The notes beneath the pieces are model-generated. The model ran no database searches and was not told the origin of the DNA. It saw nothing but the letters and a program-made list of their open reading frames with translations. A DNA stretch of 64,000 nt from Anaeramoeba ignava BMAN (Eukaryota; Protista; Anaeramoebae): assembly GCA_028826165.1 (NCBI GenBank), contig JAPDFW010000138.1:1-64000 (forward strand), given 5' to 3'. Positions 41,787 through 56,395 of the stretch are shown here, piece by piece; position 1 is the stretch's first letter; the number at the start of each line of letters is the position of its first letter. A program made the position numbers and the translations under genes.

Positions 41787-44700
41787 TCAATTTTTAATTT
41801 TTAATTTTTTAATTTTTAATTTAAAAGCATTTGGAAATTCTTGAATCATTAAATTTGAAGTAGAAATTTGAGATTGAAAAAGAGAATTAAACTCTTGCGT
41901 TTTTTCTTGAAGTAATTTATATAAAGATGAACTTTCAATATCCATTTTTGCTTTTTGAGGGAAATTTGGAGAAATAACTTGAGTTGGTTGACCTGAATTT
42001 TGATGAACTTCAAATATTTTTTTCAAAAAAGGATTTGAATCAACAAATTGAATAATTTCTGGATTTAATTCAATTTTTTCTGAAATGATTTGGAATTGAT
42101 TTGAGATGAAATTGACATAATTGTCTTTTAATTTAAGCATAAAAAATATTGAGTTTTGAGGGATTTTATGCCGATTTGAATAATCAAGTGAATAATTATA
42201 AAGCCAAGTTATAAATTCAATTATTCTAACTGAAAGATCAATCAAAATACTTTCTTTTTCGTTATAGTTATTATTTTCCAAATTATTTAAATCCAAATTT
42301 AAAGATTTGATAATTCTTTCTGATTCATCAAAAACAATCAAAACAAACACTTGAACAACTAGAGAAATTCGGGAAAAATCACCGAAATATAAAGATGAAT
42401 TTTTGAAACAAAATCCAAAAAATTCAAATGCGTCTTGGAAATCATGGTTGATCATGTTTTCCATTCCCAAAGCAAGATGGTGAGTTAACAACAAATGAGA
42501 GTTCCAAATATTCTTCAAGTTTCTAACTACTCTTTCAATATTTGGTGGGAATGATAAGCGAGTGAAAATATTGATTGCATTTCCGTTATTTGATTTGACA
42601 TCAACATAAAAATCTGATTGAAACAAATTGGAATAAGTTCTTGAAACAATTTCATATTCCGCAGCCAAAATTTGATTATTCAGAATGCAGAAATGAGGAA
42701 AAGAAAGCAATGACGGGTCTGATTTTGTTTGAGCATATAAATTAATTTGATTTTGAACAAGTTCGCTGTTTTCTCTAAATTTATATAATACATCGTCTAC
42801 TCTTTGTTGATCTACAGGGATTAAAGATCCATCATATATTTTGTTTTTCAAATCAAAATCGTTATCATCGTCGATACCGCAATATAGTAATTGTGGATCC
42901 ATATATTCTTTTATTCTTGGGTAGTTATCAGTTTCTTTTCTTTTATTTTGTCTTGATTCTTTGAAATTATTTACTTCAATTAAGAAAGTTTCGTTCTCTT
43001 TTTTGATTTCTTCTATTAATTCTTCTGGAATAAATAAATTAGTGAAGGAAATATCTGCAAAGTTAAGGAAGTTATGTTTTTTTTGATTTTCATTTTGATT
43101 TTGATTTTCATTTTGATTTTGATTTTCATTTTGATTTTGATTTTGATTTTCATTTTGATTTTCATTTTGATTTTGATTTTGATTTTGATTTTCATTTTGA
43201 TTTTCATTTTGATTTTCATTTTTGATTTTGATTTTGATTTTGATTTTGATTTTGATTTTCATTTTGATTTTCATTTTCATTTTGATTTTCATTTTGATTT
43301 TCATTTTCATTTTGATTTTCTTTTTGATTTTGATCTGATTTTTGTTTTATTTGATTTTGATTTAATTCTTGTTTTATTTCATTTTGATTTTCATTTTCAT
43401 TTTGATTTTCATTTTCATTTTGATTTTCATTTAATTCTTGTTTTATTTCATTTTCATTTTCATTTTCATTTTCATTTTGATTTTGATTTTGATTTTCATT
43501 TGATTCTTGTTTTATTTGATTTTGATTTAATTCTTGTTTTATTTGATTTTGATTTAATTCTTGTTTTATTTCATTTTCATTTAATTCTTGTTTTATTTCA
43601 TTTTCATTTTCATTTTCATTTTGATTTTGATTTAATTCTTGTTTTATTTCTTTTTCATTCGTATTTAGTTTTGTTTCATTTTGATTTTGATTTTGATTTA
43701 ATTCTTGTTTTATTTCTTGTTTTATTTCATTTTCATTTGTTTCTTGTTTTATTTCTTGTTTTATTTCTTCTTGTTTTATTTCATTTTCATTCATATTTAG
43801 TTTTGTTTCTTCATTTGTTTCTTGTTTTATTTCATTTTGATTTTGATTTTCTTTTGATTTTGATTTTCATTTTGATTTTCATTTTCTTTTTAATTCTTGT
43901 TTTATTTCTTTTTCATTTTGATTTTTTTAATTCTTCTTTTATTTCTTCTTTTGTTTCTTCTTTTGTTTCTTGTTTTATTTGATTTTGATTTAATTCTTGT
44001 TTTATTTCATTTTGATTTTCATTTTCATTTTCATTTTGATTTTCTTTTTGTTTTATTTCATTTTGATTTTCATTTAATTCTTGTTTTATTTCTTTTTCAT
44101 TTAATTCTTGTTTTATTTCTTTTTCATTTAATTCTTGTTTTATTTCTTTTTCATTTGTTTCTTGTTTTATTTCTTTTTCATTCATATTTAGTTTTGTTTC
44201 ATTTTGATTTTGATTTTGATTTATTTTTGATTTTTATTTCATTTTCATTCATATTTAGTTTTGTTTCTTCATTTGTTTCTTGTTTTATTTCATTTTGATT
44301 TTGATTTTCATTTTGATTTTCATTTTGATTTTGATTTTCATTTTGATTTTCATTTAATTCTTGTTTATTTTCATTTTGATTTTCATTTTGATTTTGATTT
44401 TCATTTTGATTTTCATTTTTTTTCTTGATTTTTATTTTTTTTTATTTGTTTCTTGTTTTATTTCATTTTCATTTTGATTTTTCATTTTTTTCTTCATTTG
44501 ATTCTTGTTTTATTTGATTTTGATTTAATTCTTCTTTTATTTCTTCTTTTGTTTCTTCTTTTGTTTCTTGTTTTTTTTTTTTTTATTTCATTTTCATTCG
44601 TATTTAGTTTTGTTTCTTCTTTCTTCTTCAAATTCACTAATCTTTCAAAAAAATGACAATTTTCAACATTTTGTTTAAGTTCTTCATTGATATAAATTAA

Positions 44701-47700
44701 ACAATAAGCATTTTCAGTATCTTTATCATTTCCAAATGATTCTTTAAAAACTATTTTTTCATCAACTTCAGAAACATTTTCATCATTAAACTTCCACCAA
44801 ATCCCAAGAGAATAATCATAAATAAAAGCCCAATAATGGCCACTTCCAGCAACTCCACGATGAATCAAAATTGAATAAAGATAATAAGGAACATTTTTCA
44901 TATCTTCATATAATTTATTAATAGATTGCTTGTTTTGTTCAATTAAATCTGTCAATTCCTCCTTTCTTTTCTTCAAAAACTCTAACTCATCATCAACTAA
45001 CTGAATTGTCAATTTATAATCATTTAGTTCTTTCTCTAGATTTTCTTGATTTGGTTGATTTTCTAATAACTTTCCAATTTCTTGACATTTTTCTTCCAAA
45101 TGAATTTTCACATTTTCCAATGACAAAGAAAGTGGCTTTTCTGATTCACCAAATTTTTCCATTGATTTCAATTCTTCGTTGAATTCAGAAATTTTCTTCT
45201 TCAACACATTCGCTTGAATTCTTTTCTTTTCGGAAATTTCCAAATTAGATTCCAAATAACGATCGAGATAAAGCGTTCGATCGAATTCAAATTTGGAATT
45301 TTTTTTGACAGGTTTTTGAGATTTTGGATCAAAAACGACCCTTTGTAATTGTAATACTAAAGTTGGTGGCAAATCAATAATTGTGTTTTTCTTTTGAGCC
45401 GTTGTTTGGAAACCTGTGCTTGTTTTGTAGTCAATAGTGACATTATTTGTGAACTCGTCAAGTGATGAATATAAATCTCCATGATTAATATCAAGAATAA
45501 TTTGAGCAAAAGAAAATTTATCGAGTTGATCAACAAGAGATCCATCTTTTTCCTTTACAGTCAATAATTGATGAGCTTTTCCATGAAAAATTCTTGTGAT
45601 TAAACTTGTTCTTGATTGCTTGTTTTGGATGTAATTTGGATCTCTTTCTTTGAGTCTTTTTTCATATTCTTTTTGACATTCCATTTCGATTTCTTGTTCT
45701 TCTTTGTCTTCTTGAAGCGCTGCATTTTGTCCAGGGATTTGAACTGGTTGATTTTTCCGATATTCTGCTTGATGTCTTTTATGGAAATCATCATAACTTG
45801 AACAACTTTCCATAATTTCTTTACTTGGTTCATTTTTTTCATTTTGATCTTCTTTTTCTTTTTTTTCTTCATCAGGATTGATTTGATTGAGTTCTTTTTC
45901 GCCTGCAATTTCTGGTTTTGGTTCTTCTTGATTTTCTTTTTCTCCTGCAATTTCTTGCTTTGGTTTTTCTTCTTGGATTTTTTTTCTTTTTTCAATAATT
46001 TCCTGTTTGATTAATTGTTTTTCTTTTTCTTCTTCTACTTTTCCTTCATAATCTTCAATTGCGAATTCTCCTTCTTCGATTCTATTCCAAAATACATGAT
46101 TAAATTCTGTTACATCTTGTTGATTTCCTGCTGAAAATTTTTTTCCTGAGTTTGTAAGGATATTATCAACAACATGTGAAGGATCGATAGATTTATAGTT
46201 TGTTAAAATTAATCTACAAAATAGTCTTTGGAGTTCATGAACCACTTTTTGGAATTAAATTAAAATATTTATTAAATATTGAATTGAATTTTGAATTAAA
46301 TTTTGAATTGAATTAAATTAAATTTTGAATTGAATTTTGAATTGAATTAAATTGAATTAAATTGAATATTAAATTAAATTAAATTTTGAATTGAATTAAA
46401 TATTAAATTAAATTTTGAATTGAATTTTGAATTAAATTGAATTAAATTAAATTGAATTAAATTGAATTAAATTAATTTTTGAATTGAATTAAAATATTTA
46501 TTAAATTGAATTAAATTAAATTAAATTGAATTAAATATTGAATTGAATTAAAATATTTAATATTGAATTAAATTGAATTAAAATATTTAATATTGAATTG
46601 AATATTAAATTGAATTAAATATTAAATTGAATTTTGAATTAAATATTGAATTGAATTAAATATTGAATTAAATATTGAATTGAATTTTGAATTAAATATT
46701 AAATTTAATTAAATTGAATTGAATTAAATTAAATTATCTAATATTGAATTGAATTGAATTAAATTGAATTACATTTAAGAGATGAAAAAAATTTTTGTTC
46801 ATCTTCTGGTTTTTGTAAAACTCCTTCTTTTAATTCTTGCCAATTTTTTTCTGTAAGTTCAAATCCTAAAATTCCATCACGAAATGAAGGTATCATAAAA
46901 TATGTTTGTAATAATGAATTAAGATAACAAGTATTTCCAACATTTTTAAGACCAACTGGTTGTCTTTCTTCTCTCATTAATGAAAGTGGATTATTTTCAT
47001 ATCTACTATATTCATTATAACTCTCTTCAATTGCTCTTGATAAACTTGGATCATAATTATCATCCTTTTTTAATTTTAATTTTAAATTTTAATTTTAATT
47101 TTAATTTTATAAATGAATTTTAATTTTGATTTTAATTTTAATTTTAATTTTAATTTTAATTTTAATTTTAATTTTAATTTTAATTTTAATAATAATTTTA
47201 ATTTTAATTTTAATTTTGATTTTAATTTTAATTTTAATTTTAATTTTAATTTTATAAATGAATTTTAATTTTAATTTTAAAACAAGAAAATTATACTGAT
47301 TGTAAAGAACGTTGAATTGCTAAATCAATATTTCTTTGTTCTTGATCTACCATACGACTTGGTGTACCACCAGCTTCTCCAGCAGCAGTTTGATGAGGAA
47401 ATCCTTATTTATTTTTAATTTTTAAATAAATGAGAAAAAAATTGTTTTTCTTTCTTCTTGTTAAAAGAATTTAAATAAAAGGAAAATAAAATACGGTGAA
47501 TGTTTTGACTTAAATTTTTTTGGTATTCAAGCATATAATCAGAATTGCTTTTAAAATTTGAATCTTCTATAAATAATTTAATAAATAATTTTATAAATAA
47601 ATTTATAAATAATTTTATAAATAATTTTATATTTAATTTATAAATAATTTTATAAATAATTTTATAAATAATTTTATTAATAATTTTATATTTAATTTTA

Positions 47701-49245
47701 TAAATAATTTTATAAATAATTTTATAAATAATTTTATATATAATTTTATAAATAATTTTATAAATAATTTTATATTTAATTTTATAAATAATTTTATAAA
47801 TAATTTTATAATAATGTTATTAATAATTTTATAAATAATTTTATTAATAATTTTATATTTAATTTTATAAATAATTTTATATTTAATTTTATATTTAATT
47901 TTATAAATAATTTTATATTTAATTTTATATTTAATTTTATAAATAATTTTATAATTAATTTTATAATTAATTTTATAATTAATTTTATAAATAATTTTAT
48001 ATTTAATTTTATATTTAATTTTATAAATAATTTTATAAATAATTTTATAAATAATTTTTATTAATTTTATAAATAATTTTATTAAATAATTTTATAAATA
48101 ATTTTATAAATAATTTTATAAATAATTTTATAAATAATTTTATAAATAATTTAATAAATAATTTTATAAATAATTTTATATTTAATTTTATAAATAATTT
48201 TATAAATAATTTTATATTTAATTTTATATTTAATTTTATATTTAATTTTATTAATAATTTTATATTTAATTTTATAAATAATTTTATATTTAATTTTTAT
48301 AAATAATTTTATTAATAATTTTTATAAATAATTTTATAAATAATTTTATATTTAATTTTATATTTAATTTAATTAATTTAATAATTAATTTTATAAATAA
48401 TTTTATATTTAATTTTTTATAAATAATTTTATAAATAATTTTATATTTAATTTTATAAATAATTTTATAAATAATTTTATATTTAATTTTATAAATAATT
48501 TTATAAATAATTTTATAAATTTTTATATAATTTTAATTTAATAAATATTTTTTTAAATAATTTTTATAAATAATTTTATAAATAATTTTATAAATAATTT
48601 TATAAATAATTTATATTTAATTTTATAAATAATTTTATAAATAATTTTATAAATAATTTTATAAATAATTTTATAAATAATTTTATATTTAATTTTATAA
48701 ATAATTTTATAAATAATTTTATAAATAATTTTATTAATAATTTTATAAATAATTTTATATTTAATTTTATAAATAATTTTATAATTAATTTTATAAATAA
48801 TTTTATATATAATTTTATATTTAATTTTATTAATAATTTTATATTTAATTTTATAATTAATTTTATATTTAATTTTATATTTAATTTTATATTTAATTTT
48901 ATAATTAATTTAATTAAAGAATTATTGAATGTACTGCCATGAGCTTCTGGACTTTGTTCAATTTCAGTACTTTTTTGTTTCTCAACTTCAGGAATTTCTT
49001 CAATATCTTCACCATTAGCTAAAAAATTTTAATAATAAAATAATAATAATTTATAATTTTAAAGTAAGAACAAAAATTTCAATTAAATTATTAATTAAAA
49101 AAATTGATTTATTTTTGATTTTTATTTTGATTTTACTCAAATAATTTAAAATTCTTTCTGTATCTCGATAATAACGAAGTGCTTTCTTTACTTTTGATTC
49201 TGGAAAACCCATATCAATAAGAAAAGCTTCAGTTGGAATATCCAT
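41787..49245 (-). CDS. USP25/USP28-like deubiquitinase (UBA-UIM-UIM-USP), with a long low-complexity region and C-terminal domain
   Basis: [18 protein letters not shown]; UIM-like IDLAIQRSL and LSRAIEES; Cys box [16 protein letters not shown]; QQDVTEF; His box [25 protein letters not shown]. Joining to the 41787-43310 ORF requires frameshifts in repeats and is less certain. Confidence 0.8.
47570..48930. repeat. 12-bp (ATAAATAATTTT)n array filling a USP intron
   Basis: About 1.36 kb of almost pure A/T tandem repeat between splice sites. Confidence 0.9.
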
Positions 49246-49383
49246 TTTAATTAATTAATCAATCACTTATTATTTTTTTAATAAAAAAAAAATGAGAAAA
49301 AATGAAAAAATGAAAAAATGAAAAAATGAATTTTTATTTTTTTTATTAGAAAGAAAAAAAAAAGTAAAAAAAAAAGTTCGAAA

Positions 49384-52295
49384 TTATTTTTCTAAGCAAT
49401 GTTTTATTATAGTAATTATTTCAGAACCAGGAAATCTACCTAAAGAACCATCACAACAATCAATTTCTGAAAACATTGGAATTGAATCATTTCCAAAAAT
49501 AAAATCTCTTTTTTCATTTTGATTTCCATTTAATTCACAAATTGAATTCCAAACTGAACCAATTGCAAAAGGAACTGGTTCACAACTATGATCTCCATAA
49601 TTAGCAGGAGTTGAATGGTCTCCTATAATAAAAATAAATAAAAAAGAAGGATTTTTAATTGATTAAAATTTGTTCCACTTTTTTTTTCAATTTAATTTTA
49701 TATTTAATTTTATATTTAATTTTATATTTAATTTTAATTTTAATTTAATTTACCTGTAACAACAACATAATATTCTGTTTTATGATTTTTGCTTTTTTCA
49801 TCTTCATATAATGTTTCTAATAAATTTCTCAGCATTTTATCTGCTTTTTCAATTAATTCTGATTTAAGTTTTGGTAAATGATCATGACTTGAATCATCTG
49901 TTGCTTTAATATGAACAAAACCAAAATCATAATTTTCATCTAAAAAAGAAAGAAAGAAAGAAAAAATATTTTAAATTGAAATTGAATTTGAAATTGATTT
50001 TGAATTTTAATTTGATTTTGATTTTGATTTTGAAATTGATTTTGATTTTGAAATTGAAGTTGAATTTGATTTTGAAATTGAATTTGAATTTGAAATTGAT
50101 TTTGAAATTGAAATTGAAATTGATTTTGATTTTGAAATTGAATTTGATTTTGATTTTGATTTTGAAATTGAAATTGAAATTGAAATTGATTTTGAAATTG
50201 AAATTGAAATTGATTTTGAAATTGAATTTGATTTTGAAATTGAATTTGAAATTGATTTTGAAATTGAATTTGAATTTGATTTTGAAATTGAAATTGATTT
50301 TGAAATTGAAATTGATTTTGAAATTGATTTTGATTTTGATTTTGAAATTGGATTTGAATTTGAAATTGATTTTGAAATTGATTTTGAATTTGAAATTGAA
50401 TTTGATTTAGAAATTGAAATTGATTTTGATTTTGATTTTGAAATTGAATTTGAATTTGATTTTGATTTTGAAATTGATTTTGAAATTGAAATTGATTTTG
50501 AAATTGAATTTGAAATTGAATTTGAAATTGAATTTGAATTTGAAATTGAATTTGAAATTGGTTTCTAACCCTCATTCATCAAATGTTCAGCAGCAACTTT
50601 TCCTTTTGATTCCATATTTGTATGATAATCACCAGTAGCACCTTGTGCTTTAATTATATCTAATTGGATAGTAATACCAAGACCACTAATAATTGCAGTT
50701 GGAGCAATCATAAAAGTTTTCAATCCAGTTCTTTTTTCAAAGGAATCAACTCTTAATCTCATTCCAGGTCCTCGAAATAAAACAACATTTGCGAGAGATT
50801 TATTCATTTCTTCTCTCTTTTTATTAATTGGATGAACAGTTAATTTTTTTGTTATTTCTTTTGTTAAACTATTTAATAAATCGCTTGTCATTTTTGAATT
50901 TTCTTGTTCATCAAGTGGCTTTGATACTCTTAATGGTAAATTATCTTTTAGTGGATCAGTTCCTGAAATAGAATCACTTAGCTTCGGTCCTCGAATTCTA
51001 ATTCCACAACGATGCTCAGTTGCATATTTAACTGAAATTTGATATTCGGGAAAATTTGGAATTTTTCTGATCAAAAAAAATTTTTTTTTCAAATTAATTT
51101 TTTACTTTTCGGTTTTTATTTTTGTTTTTATATTTTTACAGATTATTTAAATAATCACAAAGAATTGGACCTGATTCTTCAAAATTACGATCACATCTTC
51201 TATTAACAACAATATTTTTATCATCTAAAGTTGAAAAATTACACTAAAAAAAGTTTATAAATTTAAATTATATTTTTTAATAAATTTAAAATATAATTTC
51301 TTTATAAATTTAAATTATAATTTCTTTATAAATTTAAATTATATCTTCTTTATAAATTTAAATTATAAATTCTTTATAAATTTAAATTATATCTTCTTAA
51401 TAAATTTAAATTATAAATTCTTTATAAATTTAAATTATAATTTTTAATAAATTTAAATTGTATTTTCTTTATAAATTTAAATTATAATTTCTTTATAAAT
51501 TTAAATTATAAATTCTTTATAAATTTAAATTATATTTTCTTTATAAATTTAAATTATAAATTCTTTATAAATTTAAAATTGTTTTTTCTTTATAAATTTA
51601 AATTATATTTTCTTTATAAATTTAAAATATATCTTCTTTATAAATTTAAATTATAATTTCTTTATAAATTTAAATTATATCTTCTTAATAAATTTAAATT
51701 ATATTTTCTTTATAAATTTAAAATTGTTTTTTATCAAACTTTAAAAGCTAAATCACCAGGATCCATTTCAAGACCAACTCCTAAACTTTCAAAAGCTCCT
51801 CTTCCTCGATAATAAACTCGTGGATCATATCCAAATATTGAAAGATGTGCGGTATCAGAACCACATGCAAGTCCAGGTTCTACGGGATCCATTAATCCAC
51901 AAACACCACTTTCTTTTTAAATTTAGATTGAATTTTTATTTCAAATTGAATTTTAATTTCAAATTTAATTTTTATTTCAAACTTAATTTTTATTTCAAAT
52001 TTAATTTTTATTTCAATTTATTTCAAATTTAATTTTAATTTCGAATTTTTATTTCAAATTGAATTTCAAATTGAATTTCAAATTGAATTTTTATTTCAAA
52101 TTGAATTTCAAATTGAATTTTTATTTCGAATTTAATTTCAAATTGAATTTCAAATTGAATTATAATTTTACTTGTAATTGAATTCATTGTTGGATGATTA
52201 GAAAATTGGAGAGGTGTTAAATTATTTAATTGATGACAAGAAACATCTCCAAGTCCATCAAGTAAAACAAAGACTAATTTTTTCTTAGTTTCCAT
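49384..52295 (-). CDS. apgM: 2,3-bisphosphoglycerate-independent phosphoglycerate mutase, ApgM/archaeal type (multi-exon)
   Basis: [64 protein letters not shown] and [17 protein letters not shown]. Confidence 0.9.
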
Positions 52296-52419
52296 TTTAT
52301 TTTTTTTTGATTAAATGAGAAAGAGAAAAAAATGAAAAAAAAATGAAAATTGATTTTTTGATTAAATTTTCTTTTTCTTTTACACGTAAGCAGTTCTCTC
52401 AACATCTAAAATCAACATC

Positions 52420-52900
52420 TAAAATCAAAATTAAATCAAATTTAAATCAAAATTAAATCAAAATTAAATCAAAATTAAATCAAAATTTAAATCAAAATTT
52501 AATCAAAATTAAATCAAAATTAAATCAATATTAAATCAAAATTAAATCAAAATTAAATCAAAATTTAATCAAAATTAAATCAAAATTTAATCAATATTAA
52601 ATCAAAATTAAATCAAAATTAAATCAATATTAAATCAAAATTAAATCAAAATTAAATCAAAATTAAATCAAAATTAAATCAAAATTAAATCAAAATTAAA
52701 TCAAAATTAAATCAAAATTAAATCAAAATTAAATCAAAATTAAATCAAATTTAAATCAAAATTAAATCAAAATTAAATCAAAATTAAATCAAAATTAAAT
52801 CAAAATTAAATCAAAATTAAATCAAAATTAAATCAAAATTAAATCAAAATTAAATCAAAATTAAATTAAAATTAAATCAAAATTAAATCAAAATCAAATT
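52420..52900. repeat. 11-bp (AAATTAAATCA)n array in the divergent promoter
   Basis: Visible tandem array. Confidence 0.9.
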
Positions 52901-52932
52901 TCATTTTTTTCCTTTCTTTTCTTTCAAAAAAA

Positions 52933-55900
52933 ATGAATATTGGTTTCATTTCAACAAGAATTTTTGGAACAGGTTCAAATTTACTTCCAAATTTAATTTA
53001 AAAATTTATTTTAAAAATTTATTATAAAAATTTATTATAAAAAATTTACTTTCAAATTTAATTTAAAAATTTATTTTAAAGATGGAGTTTCATTAGAAAT
53101 TTCAAAAATTCAAAATTTATTAATTCAAAAAGCTAAAAAAGTGTTTTTTATGGCTGGAGAATTAGATCCAATTTTCGAAAAACAAGAAAATGGATATTGC
53201 TTTGAAAAAATGCATTTTCTTAATTCAGAAATACAATCAATTCAAAAAACATTATTTGAAAACAAATTAGAAACAATAACAACAAAACAAATGCAAGAAT
53301 GTTGGGATAAAATTGATCAATTTGCGAATGAAATTGAATATGAAATTGAGAAATTTATCAACAAATTTAACATTCATAAAATTATAACACAGAATTGTTT
53401 ATCAATCCCAATGAATCTCCCACTTGGAAAGGCAATATACAATTATCTTTCTAAAACTGGAATGGAATGCATAAATCACAATCATGATTTTTATTGGGAA
53501 AGAGAAAGATTTCTTAATATTAAAAATCAAAATTTACAAGATTTTCTTGATAAATATTTTCCACCATCAATTCCAAATATGAAACATCTTGTTATCAATT
53601 CAATTTCACAAGAAACACTTTTGAAAAGGAAAGGAATATCAAGTGTAGTTGTTCCAAATGTGTTTGATTTTTCACAAAAAGAAAAATTTATTGATGAATA
53701 TAATCAAGATCTTAGAGAATCTTTAGAATTAGAAAAGGATGATATTTTTATACTTCAACCAACAAGAATTGTTCCTAGAAAATCTATTGAAACCAGTATT
53801 GAAATTGTTTCTCGTTTAAAGGATAAAAAGGCTAAACTAATTATTACACATTCAAGTTCTGATGAAGGTGATGATTATCTTGCTTTTTTACAACAAAAAG
53901 CGAAGGAACTTGATGTGGATATGAGAATTGCTAATTCTAGATTTAGTGAAACAAGAGGCATAAATCAAAATGATCAAAAAATTTATAGTCTTTGGGATGC
54001 TTATTTATTCGCTGATATTATTCTTTATCCAACTTTAATTGAAGGGTTTGGAAATTTGGTTTGTTTTTTATTCATTTCCTTTTTTTTTGCAAAAACAAAA
54101 TATTTATTTTAGAATTTGAATTTTAATTTTTGATATTTAGGTTGTTGAAGCTTTATTTGTAAATCAAAATTAAATCAAAATTAAATCAAAATTAAATCAA
54201 AATTAAATCAAAATTAAATCAAAATTAAATCAATATTTAATCAAATTTAAATCAAAATTAAATTAAAATTAAATCAATATTAAATCAATATTAAATCAAA
54301 ATTAAATCAAAATTAAATCAAAATTAAATTAAATTTAAATCAAAATTAAATCAAAATTAAATCAAAATTAAATCAAAATTAAATCAAAATTTAAATCAAA
54401 ATTAAATTAAAATTAAATCAAAATTAAATCAAAATTAAATCAAAATTAAATCAAAATTAAATCAAAATTAAATCAAAATTAAATCAAAATCAAATCAAAA
54501 TTAAATCAAAATTAAATCAAAATTAAATCAAAATTAAATCAAAATTTAAATCAAAATTAAATCAAAATTAAATCAAAATTAAATCAAAATTAAATCAAAA
54601 TTTAATCAAAATTAAATCAAAATTAAATCAAAATTAAATCAAAATTAAATCAAAATTAAATAATCAAAATTAAATCAAAATTAAATCAAAAAATCAAATT
54701 AAATCAAAAATTAAATCAAAATTAAATCAAAATTAAATCAATCAAAAATTAAATCAAAAATTAAATCAAAAAAATTCAAAATTAAATCAAAATTAAATCA
54801 AAAATTAAATTAAAATTAAATCAAAATTTAAATCAAAAATTAAATCAAAATTAAATAAAAATTAAATCAAAATTCAAAATCAATATTAAATCAAAATTAA
54901 ATCAAAATTAAATCAAAAATTAAAAATTAAATCAAAATTAAAATCAATATTAAATCAAAATTAAATCAAAAATTGCGTAGAAATCAAAATTAAATCAAAA
55001 ATTAAATCAAAATTAAATTAAATTAAAATTAAATCAATATTAAATCAAAATAAAAAATAAATCAAAAATTAAATCAAAATTAAATCAAAATTAAATCAAA
55101 ATTAAATCAAAATTAAATCAAAAATTAAATCAAAAATTAAATCAAAATTAAATCAAAAATTAAATCAAAATTAAATCAAAATTAAATCAAAAATTAAATC
55201 AAAAATTAAATCAAAATTAAATCAAAAATTAAATCAAAAATTAAATAAAAATTAAATCAAAATTAAATCAAAATTAAATCCTTAATAAAAATTAAATCAA
55301 AAATTTAAAAATTAAAATTAAATTAAAATCAAAATCAATTTAAAATTAAATAAATATTAAATCAAAAATGAACTTGAAAAAATCAAAATTAAATCAATAT
55401 TAAATTAAAAATTAAATCAAAATTAAATCAAAATTAAATCAAAAATTAAATCAAAATTAAATCAAAATTAAATCAAATCAAAATTAAATCAAAATTAAAT
55501 TAAAATTAAATCAAAATTAATATTTTTATTAAAAAATTTTTAAATCAAAAATTTAATCAAAATTAAATCAAATATTAAATCAAAATATTAAAGAAATCAA
55601 AAAAAAATATTAAATCAAAATTTAATCAAATTAAAGAAAAATTAAATTAAAAAATTAAATAAAATTAAATTAAAAATTTAATCAATATTAAATCAAAATT
55701 AAATCAATATTTAATCAATATTAAATCAATATTAAATCAAAATTAAATCAAAATTAAATCAAAATTAAATCAAAATTAAATCAAAATTAAATTAAAATTA
55801 AATCAATATTAAATCAATATTAAATTAAATTTAAATCAAAATTTAATCAAAATTAAATCAAAATTAAATCAAAATTAAATCAAAATTAAATCAAAATTAA

Positions 55901-56395
55901 ATAATCAAAATTAAATCAAAATTAAATTAAAATTAAATAAAAATTTAATCAAAATTTAATCAATATTAAATTAATATTAAATCAAAATTAAATCAAAATT
56001 AAATCAAAATTAAATCAATATTTAATCAAAATTAAATCAAAATTAAATAAAAATTAAATCAATATTAAATCAAAATTAAATCAATATTTAATCAATATTA
56101 AATCAATATTAAATCAAAATTAAATAAAAATTAGTTCAAGAAAATGGTTGTTGTTAATAAATATCCAGTTTATTTAAAAGACATTAAACCAACTGGTATT
56201 AAATTTATTGAACTTGAAAATAATCAAATTACTGATGAAACTATATCTCAAATTAAAGAAGTTTTACAATCTAAAAAAGATCCAATTTTAAAGAAAAAAT
56301 ATGATCAAATTATTCAAAAAAATTTCGAAATTGGAATTCAAAATTTTTCATTTGAAATTTTATCAGAAAAATTAAAAGAAATTGGATTAATTTAG
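52933..56395 (+). CDS. GT4-family glycosyltransferase, mannosylglucosylglycerate-synthase (MggS)-like (4 exons)
   Basis: Exons 52933-52972, 53082-54058, 54141-54158 and 56135-56395. MNIGFISTRIFGT|DGVSLE, NCLSIPMNLPLG, HNHDFYWERERF, LQPTRIVPRK and YPTLIEGFGNL|VVEALF|FKK (E-x7-E). Confidence 0.8.
54159..56134. repeat. About 2-kb 11-bp (AAATTAAATCA)n array forming intron 3 of the glycosyltransferase
   Basis: Begins GTAAAT at 54159 and ends TTAG at 56134. Confidence 0.9.

Noticed and set aside
54159-56134. Telomeric or interstitial telomere repeat
   Set aside because: It has no G-rich strand and is bounded by splice sites inside a gene.
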